A stretch of DNA of 60,810 bases, taken from NCBI GenBank assembly GCA_036654655.1, contig JAVVRP010000005.1, forward strand, positions 1-60,810, read 5' to 3'. This DNA is from Clostridia bacterium (GTDB lineage: Bacteria; Bacillota; Clostridia; Christensenellales; UBA1242). Positions 11,252 to 21,789 of the stretch are shown here, piece by piece (positions within the stretch are counted from its first letter, which is position 1; the number at the start of each line of letters is the position of its first letter). The position numbers were made by a program, and so were the translations under genes. The notes under the pieces are model-generated. The model had not been told where the DNA came from. It searched no databases and saw only the letters and a list, made by a program, of their open reading frames with translations.

Positions 11252-11872
11252 TTATTTTGAATAAAGTTCAACAATCAAATGCTCTTTAATATCCATGTCA
11301 ATATCTGCACGTGTTGGAAGTGAAACAACTTTACCTTTAAGTTCATCGCTATTAAATTCCAACCATTTTGGCATAACAATTTTCATGCCTCTAAGTTCCT
11401 TAAACATTTCCAAATTTGTTTTATTTGCCTTGATTGCAATTTCATCGTTCATATTAACTAAATATGAAGGAATGTTAACTGTTTTTCCATTTACTGTAAT
11501 TTGTGCGTGATTTACAATTTGACGGCACTCAGAACGGCTTGAACCAATGCCCATACGATAACAAACATTGTCTAACCTACGTTCAATAAGCATAAGCATG
11601 TTTTCACCTGTTTTGCCTCTTTGACGTTCTGCTTCAACATAATATCCATGAAATTGTTTTTCCAAAATTCCGTATGTTTTTTTTACTTTTTGCTTTTCTC
11701 GAAGTTGAATTCCGTATTCTGAAATACGCTTTCTTGATGCGCCATGTTGCCCTGGAACAACTGGACGGCGTTCCATTGCACATTTTTTTGTTGTGCAACG
11801 CTCTCCTTTAAGGAAAAGTTTACAACCCTCACGGCGGCACTCTCTACAATCTGCGCCTATCATTTTTGCCAT
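11252..11872 (-). CDS. rpsD: 30S ribosomal protein S4 (Zn-binding type)
   Basis: CRECRREG, SEYGIQLREKQK, ERRLDNV, LIVELYSK. Confidence 0.99.
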   Translation of the reverse strand: MAKMIGADCRECRREGCKLFLKGERCTTKKCAMERRPVVPGQHGASRKRISEYGIQLREKQKVKKTYGILEKQFHGYYVEAERQRGKTGENMLMLIERRLDNVCYRMGIGSSRSECRQIVNHAQITVNGKTVNIPSYLVNMNDEIAIKANKTNLEMFKELRGMKIVMPKWLEFNSDELKGKVVSLPTRADIDMDIKEHLIVELYSK

Positions 11873-11884
11873 TTATTTTCTCCT

Positions 11885-12283
11885 TTAAATTCTTCTTGCT
11901 TTTGGTGGACGACACCCGTTGTGTGGGATTGGCGAAACATCTTTAATGCTTGTTACATTAATTTCCGCCGAGCCTATTGCTCTTATTGCGCTTTCTCTGC
12001 CATTGCCTGGACCTTTAACAAAAACGTCAACGCTTCTAATTCCTTGGTCACGTGCTGTTTTCGCTGCGTTTTCAACACATTGCTGTGCTGCAAAAGGCGT
12101 GCTCTTTTTGCTTCCTTTAAATCCAAATTTTCCACTTGATGCCCATGAAAGAGTGTTTCCTTCGCAATCTGTGAATGTAACAAGTGTATTGTTAAAAGAA
12201 CTTTTTATGTGACATTGACCTTTGTCAATGTTTTTACTTATTCTTTTCTTTTTAACTGTTGCTTTTTTTACTACTGTTTCCAT
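11885..12283 (-). CDS. rpsK: 30S ribosomal protein S11
   Basis: [37 protein letters not shown]. Confidence 0.99.
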   Translation of the reverse strand: METVVKKATVKKKRISKNIDKGQCHIKSSFNNTLVTFTDCEGNTLSWASSGKFGFKGSKKSTPFAAQQCVENAAKTARDQGIRSVDVFVKGPGNGRESAIRAIGSAEINVTSIKDVSPIPHNGCRPPKARRI

Positions 12284-12293
12284 TTGTCATTCC

Positions 12294-12674
12294 TCACTTT
12301 GCAACTTTTTTGGCATTTCCGCCAACGACTTTTCTTGGGCCTTTTCTTGTTCGTGCATTTGTTCTTGTGTTCTGTCCACGAACTGGTAAACCCTTACGGT
12401 GCCTAATTCCACGATAGCAACCAATATCAGACAAACGCTTAATATCCATTGATGATTCTTTTCTTTTATCGCCTTCTACCGCATAGTTCTTTTCTATGTG
12501 ATTTCTAAGGGCTGCCACGTCAGAGTCGGTTAAATCCTTAACTCTTACGTCTGGATTAACTTTTGTTGCAACTAAAATTTTGCTTGCAGTTATTCTGCCT
12601 ATACCATAAATATAGGTTAATCCAATTTCAATTCTTTTCTCTCTGGGCAAATCAACGCCAGCGATTCTTGCCAT
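12294..12674 (-). CDS. rpsM: 30S ribosomal protein S13
   Basis: [36 protein letters not shown]; start moved to MARIAG. Confidence 0.99.
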   Translation of the reverse strand: MARIAGVDLPREKRIEIGLTYIYGIGRITASKILVATKVNPDVRVKDLTDSDVAALRNHIEKNYAVEGDKRKESSMDIKRLSDIGCYRGIRHRKGLPVRGQNTRTNARTRKGPRKVVGGNAKKVAK

Positions 12675-12708
12675 ATTTTTCCTCCAAAAAAAATTTTTAT
12701 ATTTTCCA

Positions 12709-12748
12709 CGTCTGCAAAGTGCTTTTTGCACTCGCCGCTTGCAAAACG
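12709..12748 (-). promoter_or_regulatory. Structured RNA between rpmJ and rpsM (candidate autoregulatory element)
   Basis: Outer stem CGTTTTGCAA/TTGCAGACG enclosing a GCGGCG bulge and inner AGTGC-aaaaa-GCACT hairpin. Confidence 0.4.
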
Positions 12749-12755
12749 ATTATTC

Positions 12756-12872
12756 TTAACCTTGTGTTTGTTTGTGAGATTTATCCTTTGTGCAAATAAC
12801 CATAACTTTTCCTTCTCGCTTAATCACCTTGCATTTGTCACACATTGGCTTTACTGATGCTCTTACTTTCAT
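12756..12872 (-). CDS. rpmJ: 50S ribosomal protein L36 (38 aa; not in ORF track)
   Basis: Manual translation [38 protein letters not shown]; AGGAG RBS; between infA and rpsM. Confidence 0.97.
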   Translation of the reverse strand: MKVRASVKPMCDKCKVIKREGKVMVICTKDKSHKQTQG

Positions 12873-12885
12873 TTTTTTCTCCTTT

Positions 12886-13107
12886 TTAACTTCTGCCTCT
12901 CCACGTAATTCTTCCGCGTGTGAGATCGTATGGGCTCATTTCAACTTTAACTTTGTCACTTTCAATAACTTTAATTGAATTTTTTCTTAGTTTACCTGAA
13001 ATATATGCAGTTATAACATGCCCATTTGTTAGCCTGACCAAAAATGTGGTGTTTGGAAGGGCTTCTTCCACCACTCCTTCAAATTCAATCATATCTTCTC
13101 TGGACAT
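12886..13107 (-). CDS. infA: Translation initiation factor IF-1
   Basis: [34 protein letters not shown]. Confidence 0.99.
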   Translation of the reverse strand: MSREDMIEFEGVVEEALPNTTFLVRLTNGHVITAYISGKLRKNSIKVIESDKVKVEMSPYDLTRGRITWRGRS

Positions 13108-13376
13108 ATTTTATTGCTCCCTTTGTTTGTTAAGTTTTTAAGTGTGGTAGCCACTTTTGCATCATCTGCTTTGTTTGCCATCAACGCTTTTGCAAGTTCA
13201 TCGTCAAATTTAATAAATTTTAGATGTTTTTTGTTTTTTTGTTTTTGTTTGTTAAGTTTTTTTGTTGTCCCGTTTGCAATGCTAATTGTTTTGTTTACAC
13301 TTAATATTACAAACAACTCAGATTTATCGTGCCCCGCAAGGCTTTGAACAATATCGCCTACTTTAAGATCAACCAT
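13089..13376 (-). CDS. KOW-domain (L14e-like) RNA-binding protein
   Basis: [13 protein letters not shown]...KQKNKKHL; conserved clostridial position between map and infA. Confidence 0.85.
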   Translation of the reverse strand: MVDLKVGDIVQSLAGHDKSELFVILSVNKTISIANGTTKKLNKQKQKNKKHLKFIKFDDELAKALMANKADDAKVATTLKNLTNKGSNKICPEKI

Positions 13377-14115
13377 CTGTTAACACCTCAACACCATTTT
13401 TTGTTATTAAAACTGTGTTTTCATGGTGCGAACTTGGTTTTCCGTCGGCTGTTATTATTCCCCAGCCATCAGCGCACTGATATATGTTTTTTGTGCCCAA
13501 GTTTAACATCGGCTCAATTGCAAGCGTTGCATTTTCTACAACATGCTCACCAGAATTTGCTTTGCCATAGTTTGGTATTTGTGGATCTTCATGAAGTTTT
13601 TGTCCAACTCCATGGCCAACCAACTCCCTAACCACGCCAAGCCCGTTGCTCTCTGCAAATCTTTGAATTGCATTTGAAACTTCGCCCAGCCTCCCACCAA
13701 CTTTTAAGTGTTTAATCCCCTCATAAAAACTTTGTTTTGTTAAATTTATAAGTTTTTGTTTTTCTTCGGAAATCATTCCCACTGGAAAGGTTCTTGCTGC
13801 ATCGGTGTGCATTCCTTTGTAACATACTCCAACATCAACTGAAATTATGTCTCCACATTTTAAAACAACATTGTTGTTAGGTATGCCATGAACCACAATT
13901 TCATTTAGCGAAGTGCATATGCTTGCTGGAAATCCATTATAGTTTAAAAACGATGGAACTGCACCTTTATCTATTATATATTTTTCTGCAATTTTGTCAA
14001 GTTCTAATGTTGAAATATTTGGCTGAATTTTACATTCCAACAAATTTAATGTTTCGCTTAATATTTTGCCAGAAATTCTCATTAATTCAATTTCTTTTTC
14101 TGTGTTTTGTCTCAC
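13369..14115 (-). CDS. map: Methionine aminopeptidase type I
   Basis: CTSLNEIVVHGIP, HTDAART, GHGVG, IEPM, HHENT metal-ligand motifs. Confidence 0.98.
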   Translation of the reverse strand: MRQNTEKEIELMRISGKILSETLNLLECKIQPNISTLELDKIAEKYIIDKGAVPSFLNYNGFPASICTSLNEIVVHGIPNNNVVLKCGDIISVDVGVCYKGMHTDAARTFPVGMISEEKQKLINLTKQSFYEGIKHLKVGGRLGEVSNAIQRFAESNGLGVVRELVGHGVGQKLHEDPQIPNYGKANSGEHVVENATLAIEPMLNLGTKNIYQCADGWGIITADGKPSSHHENTVLITKNGVEVLTDG

Positions 14116-14741
14116 TGTTTTACCTCGTTAATAGCGTTTGCAACTTTTGCAAACACTTGTTCAACACTTCCGCTTGCATCAATACTTATCAGCCTTCCAA
14201 GTTTTTTGTATTGGTTTACAACTGGAAGTGTTTGGCTTTTATATTCTTTCATTCTGGTTTCTAAAACTAAAAGACTATCGTCTTTTCGTTTTTGCAATTT
14301 AATATTGCACACTGGACAAACAGTTGCCTTGTCAAGTTTTGTGTTATACGTTTTGCCACATTTGCAACAATAACTTCTGGTGTTTATTCTATTTTTTATT
14401 TCCTTATCAGAAAGTTTGAAAAACAAGGCAATATCTGGCTTTGCAAACTGCTCCAACTGGTCAAGTTGATTTATTGTTCGGGGGAAGCCATCAAGCAAAT
14501 AGTTTTTTTCACAGTCTTTTTGTTTTAGTCTACTTTTAACCATGTCAATGGTTATTTCATCTGGAACAATAAGCCCTTTTGAAAATATTGGTTCAACCAA
14601 ATCAGCAAATTTTTTGTTAAAACTAGAACGCTCCCTAAGCATTCCACCAACTGAAAGTGGCACAAGCCCATATTTTTGCTGAATTAATTTTGCCTGAGTA
14701 CCTTTACCACTTCCCGGTGGACCAATTAAAACAATTTTCAT
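14112..14741 (-). CDS. adk: Adenylate kinase (Zn-lid)
   Basis: GPPGSGKGTQA P-loop, LLDGFPRT, CxxC..CxxC lid; follows secY. Confidence 0.96.
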   Translation of the reverse strand: MKIVLIGPPGSGKGTQAKLIQQKYGLVPLSVGGMLRERSSFNKKFADLVEPIFSKGLIVPDEITIDMVKSRLKQKDCEKNYLLDGFPRTINQLDQLEQFAKPDIALFFKLSDKEIKNRINTRSYCCKCGKTYNTKLDKATVCPVCNIKLQKRKDDSLLVLETRMKEYKSQTLPVVNQYKKLGRLISIDASGSVEQVFAKVANAINEVKQ

Positions 14742-16033
14742 TACTTTAAAAATCCTCTATAATTTCTCATAAGCATTTGTGCTTCCATCTGTTTATCAAG
14801 TTCAAGTGCCACAGAAACAACAATCATAAGCCCTGTTGCACTGAAAGCGTTAATAAGATTTCCACTTGTGCCACCAATTGCAGTAAACGCAAGTGACGGA
14901 ACCAAAGAAATGAATGCCAAAAATATTGCTCCAAACAGCGTTATTCTTTTAGAGATTTTGCCAAGATAATCGGCTGTTGGTTTCCCTGCCCTGATGCCAG
15001 GAATAAATCCACCATTTTGCTGAATTCTTTTTGAAATATCTTCTGGTTTAAATGTTATTTGAGAATAAAAATAAGCAAAGAACACAATTAAAATTGCTGT
15101 TAAAACAATATAAATTATTGAACCTGCACCAAACCATTTTGCATACCAAGTTACATCTGGCCAAAAAATGCTGATTAGCATTTGTGGAAATGCAAGCAAA
15201 GCATTTGCAAATATGATTGGAATAACACCGCTTCCATTTACACGAATTGGAATATAAGTGTTTTGCCCACCAACCATTTTTCTGCCTTTAATTTGTTTTG
15301 CATATTGAACTGGAACTTTTCGTTCGCCCAAATCCACAAAAACAATAAGAAAGAAAATGACCAAAACTGCTGCAAGGAAAATAAGAATGTTCCAAAGATA
15401 AGAGATATCCGTTCCAACATTTTTGAAAGAATCCAAAAGTGCAGCACCTGCTGAACTTAAAATTCCAACAAAAATAAGAAGAGATAAGCCATTGCCAATT
15501 CCAAACTCTGTTATCCTTTCACCAAGCCAAACTGTTATCATTCCGCCTGCGATAAGAATACCTGCAATGAATGTGCAAGACATCCAAAGTGGGGAATTTC
15601 CAAGCAAATTTGGGTCTATGTATTTGCTGAACGCAACAACAATTCCAACTGCCTGAGCAACTGAAAGCACGAGTGCGCAAATACGAGTGTAAAATGCTAT
15701 CTTTTTTTTGCCTTCTTCCCCGCCTTCTTGTGTTAAACGCTCCAATTTTGGAATGGCAACAGAAAGAAGTTGCATAATAATTGACGAACTAATGTATGGC
15801 GAAACTCCAAGAGCCAAAAATGCACCATTTGATAGTGCACCACCAGATATTGTGCTTAATAATCCTAAAAATCCACCGCCAACAGATGTTATTTCTGTTT
15901 TAAATATTTCAATATCTAGCCCTGGAATTGGCAACCAACATCCAACACGATACAGAAATAAAAGAAGAAGGGTTAAAAGAATTTTATTCCTAACTTCTTT
16001 TACTTTAAATGCGTTAATAATGGTTTTGAACAT
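14741..16033 (-). CDS. secY: Preprotein translocase SecY
   Basis: 10 TM, LGVSPYISSSII, GIGNGLSLLIF, GFIPGIRAG. Confidence 0.99.
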   Translation of the reverse strand: MFKTIINAFKVKEVRNKILLTLLLLFLYRVGCWLPIPGLDIEIFKTEITSVGGGFLGLLSTISGGALSNGAFLALGVSPYISSSIIMQLLSVAIPKLERLTQEGGEEGKKKIAFYTRICALVLSVAQAVGIVVAFSKYIDPNLLGNSPLWMSCTFIAGILIAGGMITVWLGERITEFGIGNGLSLLIFVGILSSAGAALLDSFKNVGTDISYLWNILIFLAAVLVIFFLIVFVDLGERKVPVQYAKQIKGRKMVGGQNTYIPIRVNGSGVIPIIFANALLAFPQMLISIFWPDVTWYAKWFGAGSIIYIVLTAILIVFFAYFYSQITFKPEDISKRIQQNGGFIPGIRAGKPTADYLGKISKRITLFGAIFLAFISLVPSLAFTAIGGTSGNLINAFSATGLMIVVSVALELDKQMEAQMLMRNYRGFLK

Positions 16034-16494
16034 TATTTAACCTCCGCTTTTCCACCAGCCTTCTTGATTTTTTCAAGCGCGCTTTGGGAAAACTTTTTTG
16101 CCTCAACTGTTAATGGTTTTGTTATTTCACCACCACCAAGGACTTTAAGCCCATATGGTTGAATTTTTCCAATCACTCTTGTTTGATACAAAAGTTCTTG
16201 TGTGATAACTGCATCTGGTTCAAAAATTTCTAGGTCACCAACATTTACAATTGCATACTCTTTGTCAAAATGTGCATTGCTAAATCCGCGAATTGGCAAA
16301 CGCCTTATAATTGGTAACTGCCCGCCTTCAAAGCCCATACGCACTCCGCCTCCGCTTCTTGCATTTTGACCTTTATGGCCTTTTCCACTTGTTTTTCCGT
16401 TTCCACTGCCTATCCCACGGCCTTTACGATATGCTTTTTTGTTTGAGCCTATGCCGGGTTTAAGTGTGTTAACTTGCATTTTTTCTTTTTCCAT
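16033..16494 (-). CDS. rplO: 50S ribosomal protein L15
   Basis: [30 protein letters not shown]. Confidence 0.99.
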   Translation of the reverse strand: MEKEKMQVNTLKPGIGSNKKAYRKGRGIGSGNGKTSGKGHKGQNARSGGGVRMGFEGGQLPIIRRLPIRGFSNAHFDKEYAIVNVGDLEIFEPDAVITQELLYQTRVIGKIQPYGLKVLGGGEITKPLTVEAKKFSQSALEKIKKAGGKAEVK

Positions 16495-16496
16495 TA

Positions 16497-16685
16497 TTAC
16501 TCCTCAACCGTTACTAGGTGCCTAACCACAAATAAACTTCCTCTAACACTGGCATTGTCTGGAAGCATATTGCTATTTCCAATTTTATGCAAGCCCAAAG
16601 CATCAAGAACTTTTGCTTGATTATGATTATATCCAATTGGACTTCTTGTAAGCGTTACTTTAATTAATTTTTCTTTTTTTGCCAT
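16497..16685 (-). CDS. rpmD: 50S ribosomal protein L30
   Basis: [22 protein letters not shown]; start moved to MAKKEK. Confidence 0.97.
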   Translation of the reverse strand: MAKKEKLIKVTLTRSPIGYNHNQAKVLDALGLHKIGNSNMLPDNASVRGSLFVVRHLVTVEE

Positions 16686-16693
16686 TTTATACC

Positions 16694-17227
16694 TCACACT
16701 TGTTCAACAGATATTCCACGTTTTTGTGCAATCTGTTCTTTTGTCTTTAATGATAGCAATCCGTTAATTGTTGCTTTTACGCAATTAATTTTGTTTGTTG
16801 AACCATGAATTTTGGTTGTTATATCCTTAATTCCGCTTAGTTCCAAAACAACACGAGCGCTACCACCTGCAATAACTCCATTACCTTCTTTGGCTGGTAA
16901 CAAAAGTACTTTTGATGTACCATATTTTCCAACTGTTTCATGTGGAATTGTTCCATTTACAATGCTGATTGTTTTGAGGTTTTTCTTTGCTGTTTGTGTA
17001 GCCTTTTCAACCGCTGCTGGAACTTCGTTGGCCTTACCTGTGCCAATTCCAACATGTCCTTTATGATCTCCAATTACAACAAGGGCTGAAAAACGCATTG
17101 TTCTGCCACCCTTAACAACTTTTGTTACCCTACGAACGTTAACAAGTTTTTTGTCAAATTCGCTGTCTTCACGACGTTGAAATTCTCTGCGCGGTCTGCT
17201 ATCTTTTTTGATCTTGTTATCTTCCAT
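16694..17227 (-). CDS. rpsE: 30S ribosomal protein S5
   Basis: [28 protein letters not shown]; start moved to MEDNK. Confidence 0.99.
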   Translation of the reverse strand: MEDNKIKKDSRPRREFQRREDSEFDKKLVNVRRVTKVVKGGRTMRFSALVVIGDHKGHVGIGTGKANEVPAAVEKATQTAKKNLKTISIVNGTIPHETVGKYGTSKVLLLPAKEGNGVIAGGSARVVLELSGIKDITTKIHGSTNKINCVKATINGLLSLKTKEQIAQKRGISVEQV

Positions 17228-17238
17228 TTTTTCCTCCC

Positions 17239-17607
17239 TCAAAACTCAAGGCCATTTTCTCTTGCTTTATCTGCAAGGGATTTTACACGACCAGTGTAAA
17301 GATATCCCCCTCTGTCAAACACAACAAGTTTAATTTTTGCTTTTAACGCTTTTTTTGCAATTTCTTGCCCAACAAGCCCTGCAATTTCAGTTTTGTTTTT
17401 GCCTTCACTTAATTTTACAATTTTTTTATCTCTGCTGTTTGCAGAAACAAGTGTTGTGCCTTTTGTGTCATCAATAATTTGTGCATAAACTTCATTTAAA
17501 CTGCGATAAACGTTAAGACGTGGACGTTCTGGCGTGCCTTCAACTTTTTTACGCACCCTAAAATGTCTTTTATTTCGCAGTGTGTTTTTATCGTTTTTGT
17601 TAATCAT
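17239..17607 (-). CDS. rplR: 50S ribosomal protein L18
   Basis: [29 protein letters not shown]. Confidence 0.99.
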   Translation of the reverse strand: MINKNDKNTLRNKRHFRVRKKVEGTPERPRLNVYRSLNEVYAQIIDDTKGTTLVSANSRDKKIVKLSEGKNKTEIAGLVGQEIAKKALKAKIKLVVFDRGGYLYTGRVKSLADKARENGLEF

Positions 17608-17620
17608 TTATTGTCACCTC

Positions 17621-18172
17621 TCACTTTTTGCCTTTGGCTGCTGTTTTACCAACTTTTTTAATAACAACTTCGTCTGAATATTTAATTCCATAAGCGTGAT
17701 AAGGCTCAACTGGGCGAAATGTTCTTATTTTTGCTGAAAAACGTCCGACTTTTTCTTTGTCTGGTCCGCTAATTTTTATTTCTGTTATTGATGGACATTC
17801 AACTTTAATTCCATCTTCTTCTTCAACTTCAATTTGATGTGAAAGCCCCAAATTTAGCACAAGTTTTTTACCAACCTTTTGCGCTTTGTAACCTACACCA
17901 TTTATAATTAATGTTTTTGAAAAATCTTTATGAACACCTTCCACCATATTTGCAATTAAAGAACGATACAATCCATGTTTTGCTTTTGTTTCGTTTTCTT
18001 CATTTGTTCTTGTTAAAACAATGTGTCCATTTTCAACTTTAACAACAATTAGTTTTGAATCAACATTTTGTGTTAATGTTGCTTTTGGTCCTGTTACTGT
18101 AACCTTATCTCCAATGACTGTTGCACTTACTCCTGCTGGAATAAGGATTTCTTTACGCCCTATTCTTGACAT
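17621..18172 (-). CDS. rplF: 50S ribosomal protein L6
   Basis: MSRIGRK, HGLYRSLIANMVEGV, RPVEPY; start moved to MSRIG. Confidence 0.99.
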   Translation of the reverse strand: MSRIGRKEILIPAGVSATVIGDKVTVTGPKATLTQNVDSKLIVVKVENGHIVLTRTNEENETKAKHGLYRSLIANMVEGVHKDFSKTLIINGVGYKAQKVGKKLVLNLGLSHQIEVEEEDGIKVECPSITEIKISGPDKEKVGRFSAKIRTFRPVEPYHAYGIKYSDEVVIKKVGKTAAKGKK

Positions 18173-18182
18173 CTTTTCCTCC

Positions 18183-18578
18183 TTACCACACAAAGCAAAG
18201 CACTTCGCCACCAACATTTTCTTCTCGTGCTTTTTTATCGGTGATTATGCCTTTACTTGTTGAAATAATTGCTATTCCAAGCCCACCCAAAACTTTTGGA
18301 AGTTTATCTTTTTCTGCATAAACTCTAAGTCCTGGCTTGGAAATACGTTTTAATCCTTCAATAACGCTTTGTCCATTTTCGTCATATTTTAAGGTTATTA
18401 TTATGTTTGTTGCAGGCTTTTCTGTTTGGATTTCAAATGACTTTATAAATCCTTGATCCAAAAGGATTTGTGCTATTGATTTTTTTTCTTTACTTGCAGG
18501 GATGCTTACGATTTCATGCTTTGCAGTAATTGCATTTCGGATTCGGGTTAACATATCCGCTATTATATCTGTTGTCAT
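18183..18578 (-). CDS. rpsH: 30S ribosomal protein S8
   Basis: [30 protein letters not shown]. Confidence 0.99.
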   Translation of the reverse strand: MTTDIIADMLTRIRNAITAKHEIVSIPASKEKKSIAQILLDQGFIKSFEIQTEKPATNIIITLKYDENGQSVIEGLKRISKPGLRVYAEKDKLPKVLGGLGIAIISTSKGIITDKKAREENVGGEVLCFVW

Positions 18579-18588
18579 CTTTTCCTCC

Positions 18589-18774
18589 TCACCAACTAGC
18601 CTTTTTTACGCCTGGAATTTCGCCATTATTTGCTTTTTCGCGAAAACATATTCTGCAAATTCCATATTTGCTAAGAACTGAATGTGGACGCCCACATATT
18701 GAGCAACGAGTATATTCTCTTGTTGAAAATTTTTGTTTTTTCTGTTGCTTTTCAATTAACGCTTGTCTTGCCAT
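18589..18774 (-). CDS. rpsN: 30S ribosomal protein S14 type Z
   Basis: RCSICGRP...[15 protein letters not shown]. Confidence 0.99.
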   Translation of the reverse strand: MARQALIEKQQKKQKFSTREYTRCSICGRPHSVLSKYGICRICFREKANNGEIPGVKKASW

Positions 18775-18787
18775 CTATATTCCCCCC

Positions 18788-19339
18788 TTATCTTGCACTG
18801 AATGGCATTCCCATTGCTTTAAGCAATGCAAGCGCCTCAGCATCAGTTTTTGCGGTTGTAACAATCATTATGTCCATACCGCGTATTTTTTCAACTTTTT
18901 CGTATTTGATTTCTGGGAAAATCAACTGCTCTTTTACTCCAAAAGCATAGTTGCCTTTGCCATCAAAAGATTTTGGAGAAACTCCCTTAAAATCTCGAAC
19001 TCGTGGAAGAACAATTGAAACAAGCCTATCTAAAAATTCATACATACGTTTACCCCTAATGGTAACTTTTGCACCAATTTTCATCCCCTCACGGAGTTTA
19101 AAATTTGATATTGCCTTTTTAGCAACTGTTGCAACAGGTTTTTGACCCGCTATTGCAGTTAACTCATCAATTGCCAAATTAAAACTTTTTGAGTTATCCT
19201 TAACGTCACCAAGCCTCATGTTAATTATAATTTTGTTTAACTTTGGAACTTCGTTAACATTTTTATATCCCTTTTCTTTTATTAGAGCAGGAATAACTGT
19301 TTGTTCGTAAAATTCACTTAATCTTGCTTTTTCGCTCAT
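18788..19339 (-). CDS. rplE: 50S ribosomal protein L5
   Basis: [30 protein letters not shown]. Confidence 0.99.
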   Translation of the reverse strand: MSEKARLSEFYEQTVIPALIKEKGYKNVNEVPKLNKIIINMRLGDVKDNSKSFNLAIDELTAIAGQKPVATVAKKAISNFKLREGMKIGAKVTIRGKRMYEFLDRLVSIVLPRVRDFKGVSPKSFDGKGNYAFGVKEQLIFPEIKYEKVEKIRGMDIMIVTTAKTDAEALALLKAMGMPFSAR

Positions 19340-19352
19340 TCAATCATCCTCC

Positions 19353-19844
19353 TCATTTACCTTTTTGTTCTTTTTTAACAATTTTTGTTACTGACTTTGC
19401 TTTTGAAATTTTTACACCTGTTTCTTTAATTTGTTTTTGAACTTTTGGCTCTTTCACTGCTTTTTGATCTGTAACATTTGCAACTTTTTGATCTTTTTTA
19501 GTTACTTTTTTTGTTGCTTTAACAAATTTTTTATCAAGTGATTCGCCACATTTTTTGCATACTCTTGAATTTTTACCTGCAACTTCTTTGTGTGCAACTC
19601 TGGTTGCTTTTCCACAAATTGGGCAAATAATCATTGCGTTTGACGCATCTATTGGTGCATTGCGTTTTATAATTCCACCCTTATCTGTTTGAGATTTTGG
19701 TTTTTGGTGTTTTGAAACAACGTTAACGCCATCGATAAGAACCTTGTTTGACTTTGGCATTGTTGATTGAACTTTGCCCTGTTTGCCCTTATCTTTGCCT
19801 GCTAAAACAAGCACTGTATCATCTTTTTTAATTGCCATTTTCAT
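19353..19844 (-). CDS. rplX: 50S ribosomal protein L24 with Lys-rich C-terminal extension
   Basis: IKKDDTVLVLAGKDKGK KOW motif, GGII..APIDASN, CPIC..CKKC. Confidence 0.98.
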   Translation of the reverse strand: MKMAIKKDDTVLVLAGKDKGKQGKVQSTMPKSNKVLIDGVNVVSKHQKPKSQTDKGGIIKRNAPIDASNAMIICPICGKATRVAHKEVAGKNSRVCKKCGESLDKKFVKATKKVTKKDQKVANVTDQKAVKEPKVQKQIKETGVKISKAKSVTKIVKKEQKGK

Positions 19845-19854
19845 CTGTTTTCTC

Positions 19855-20223
19855 CTATATTACCTCAGGTGCAAGAGATATTATTTTAACATATCCCTTT
19901 TCTCTGAGTTCCCTTGCTATTGGTCCAAAAATACGAGTACCTTTTGGCTGTTTTTGGCTATCGATGATTACGGCTGCGTTGTCGTCAAATTTAATATGTG
20001 ATCCGTCTGCACGCCTTAAACCTTTTGCGCTACGAACAATAACTGCTTTAACAACTTCGCCTTTTTTAACTGTACCACCTGGGGTTGCTGACTTAACTGA
20101 TGCAACAATAACATCGCCAATATTTCCACTTCTGCGGAATGACCCACCAAGTACCCTAATGCACATAATTTGTTTTGCACCAGAATTATCTGCGACTTTA
20201 AGTTTTGTTTGTGGTTGTACCAT
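19855..20223 (-). CDS. rplN: 50S ribosomal protein L14
   Basis: [34 protein letters not shown]. Confidence 0.99.
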   Translation of the reverse strand: MVQPQTKLKVADNSGAKQIMCIRVLGGSFRRSGNIGDVIVASVKSATPGGTVKKGEVVKAVIVRSAKGLRRADGSHIKFDDNAAVIIDSQKQPKGTRIFGPIARELREKGYVKIISLAPEVI

Positions 20224-20233
20224 AACTTCCTCC

Positions 20234-20494
20234 TTATTTCGCTTTTGCCACTATGCGTACAAGACGATAATACTTGTCTTTGCTAAGTGGGCGGGTTTCC
20301 ATAATTTCAACAGTGTCACCGATTTGACATTCGTTTTTTTCATCGTGTGCTTTGAAACTTGTGGTTGTTTTAACGACTTTTTTGTAAATTGGGTGCTTTG
20401 TGTTTGATGTTACTGAAACAACAATTGTTTTATCCATTTTGCCAGCACTTTTAACAATGCCTTCTTTTACTGGACGAGGCTTTCTTTCTTCCAT
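20234..20494 (-). CDS. rpsQ: 30S ribosomal protein S17
   Basis: [25 protein letters not shown]; start moved to MEERK. Confidence 0.98.
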   Translation of the reverse strand: MEERKPRPVKEGIVKSAGKMDKTIVVSVTSNTKHPIYKKVVKTTTSFKAHDEKNECQIGDTVEIMETRPLSKDKYYRLVRIVAKAK

Positions 20495-20495
20495 C

Positions 20496-20684
20496 TCACA
20501 CCCTCCTTTGATTTTGAATGGTTTTGATTTTTGCAATGTCTTTTTTAAGATTGTGCAACTGCATTGGATTTTGCAAATTTCCTGTTGCTTGTGCAAAACG
20601 CAAGTTGAACATTTCTTCTTTCATTTCAAGAACTTTTTTTGCAAGTTCTTTATCTGTTAAATTTTTTATTTCTTCAATTTTCAT
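20496..20684 (-). CDS. rpmC: 50S ribosomal protein L29
   Basis: [26 protein letters not shown]. Confidence 0.98.
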   Translation of the reverse strand: MKIEEIKNLTDKELAKKVLEMKEEMFNLRFAQATGNLQNPMQLHNLKKDIAKIKTIQNQRRV

Positions 20685-21108
20685 TTTCGGAACTTGCCTC
20701 CTTTTCTCTTGCTACAAACTTTGTTTTACAAGGAAGTTTGTACCCAGCAAGCCTTAATGCTTCACGGGCAACTTCTTCCGTTACTCCGTTCATTTCAAAA
20801 AGAATTCTTCCTGGCTTAACAACTGCAACCCAAAATTCTGGTGAACCTTTTCCTGAACCCATGCGGGTTTCGGCTGGCTTTTTTGTTACGGGCTTATCTG
20901 GGAAAATGTTTACCCAAACTTGTCCGCCACGTTTTGTATGACGTGTCATTGCAATACGCGCTGCTTCAATTTGATTTGACTTTATCCATGCTGGTTCTGT
21001 TGCAACAAGTCCAAAATCGCCATATGCAAGTTTGTTTCCTCTTGTTGCCTTGCCAGTCATACGTCCACGAAAGACTTTACGTCTTTTAACACGCTTTGGC
21101 ATTAACAT
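20674..21108 (-). CDS. rplP: 50S ribosomal protein L16
   Basis: [23 protein letters not shown]. Confidence 0.99.
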   Translation of the reverse strand: MLMPKRVKRRKVFRGRMTGKATRGNKLAYGDFGLVATEPAWIKSNQIEAARIAMTRHTKRGGQVWVNIFPDKPVTKKPAETRMGSGKGSPEFWVAVVKPGRILFEMNGVTEEVAREALRLAGYKLPCKTKFVAREKEASSENEN

Positions 21109-21779
21109 TAGTTTTGACCTCCTTTCTCATCATTTTCTTTTGATGGAAGAATTTCACCTTTGTAAATCCAAACTTTAACTCCAAGTTTTCCAGATGTGGT
21201 GAAGGCTGCCATACTGCAATAATCAATATCTGCACGAAGTGTGTGAAGTGGAATACTTCCTTCCATATAATGCTCTGTTCTTGCAATGCTGTTTGGGCCA
21301 TCCACAACACCAGAAACTTGAATTTTGCAACCCTTTGCTCCCGCTTTCATAACTCTTTGAATTCCTTGTTTCATGCAACGTCTAAACGATACACGTTTTT
21401 CAAGTTGTTGGGCAACCCCCTCTGCAATTAAAGTGGAATCTAAATCTGGTTTTTTGATTTCTTTTATGTTTATAAACAAAGTTACATCTGGCGCAACAAT
21501 TTTGTTAAGAAGTTTTTTTACATCTTCTATTCCAACACCCTTTTGTCCAATAATCATACCTGGACGAGCGGTTAAAATGTTGACCACAAGTTTTTGTTTT
21601 GTACGCTCAATTGTTATTTTTGAAATTGAGCAAGCCTTGTATTTTTTTCTTATTGCCTCACGGATTTTGTTGTCTTCAAGCAAAAACTTTGCAAAATCAC
21701 TTTTGGTTGCAAACCAAGATGAATCCCAAGTTTTATTAATTCCTAAACGCAATCCGATTGGATTAACTTTTTGTCCCAT
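21108..21779 (-). CDS. rpsC: 30S ribosomal protein S3
   Basis: [22 protein letters not shown] motif, [21 protein letters not shown]. Confidence 0.99.
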   Translation of the reverse strand: MGQKVNPIGLRLGINKTWDSSWFATKSDFAKFLLEDNKIREAIRKKYKACSISKITIERTKQKLVVNILTARPGMIIGQKGVGIEDVKKLLNKIVAPDVTLFINIKEIKKPDLDSTLIAEGVAQQLEKRVSFRRCMKQGIQRVMKAGAKGCKIQVSGVVDGPNSIARTEHYMEGSIPLHTLRADIDYCSMAAFTTSGKLGVKVWIYKGEILPSKENDEKGGQN

Positions 21780-21789
21780 TCTGTTCTCC

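Noticed and set aside
12294-20684. TGA=Trp (code 4) given Mollicute-like features
   Set aside because: TGA terminates rpsM, rpsE, rplR, rplF, rpsN and rpmC at expected lengths, and conserved Trp positions use TGG.
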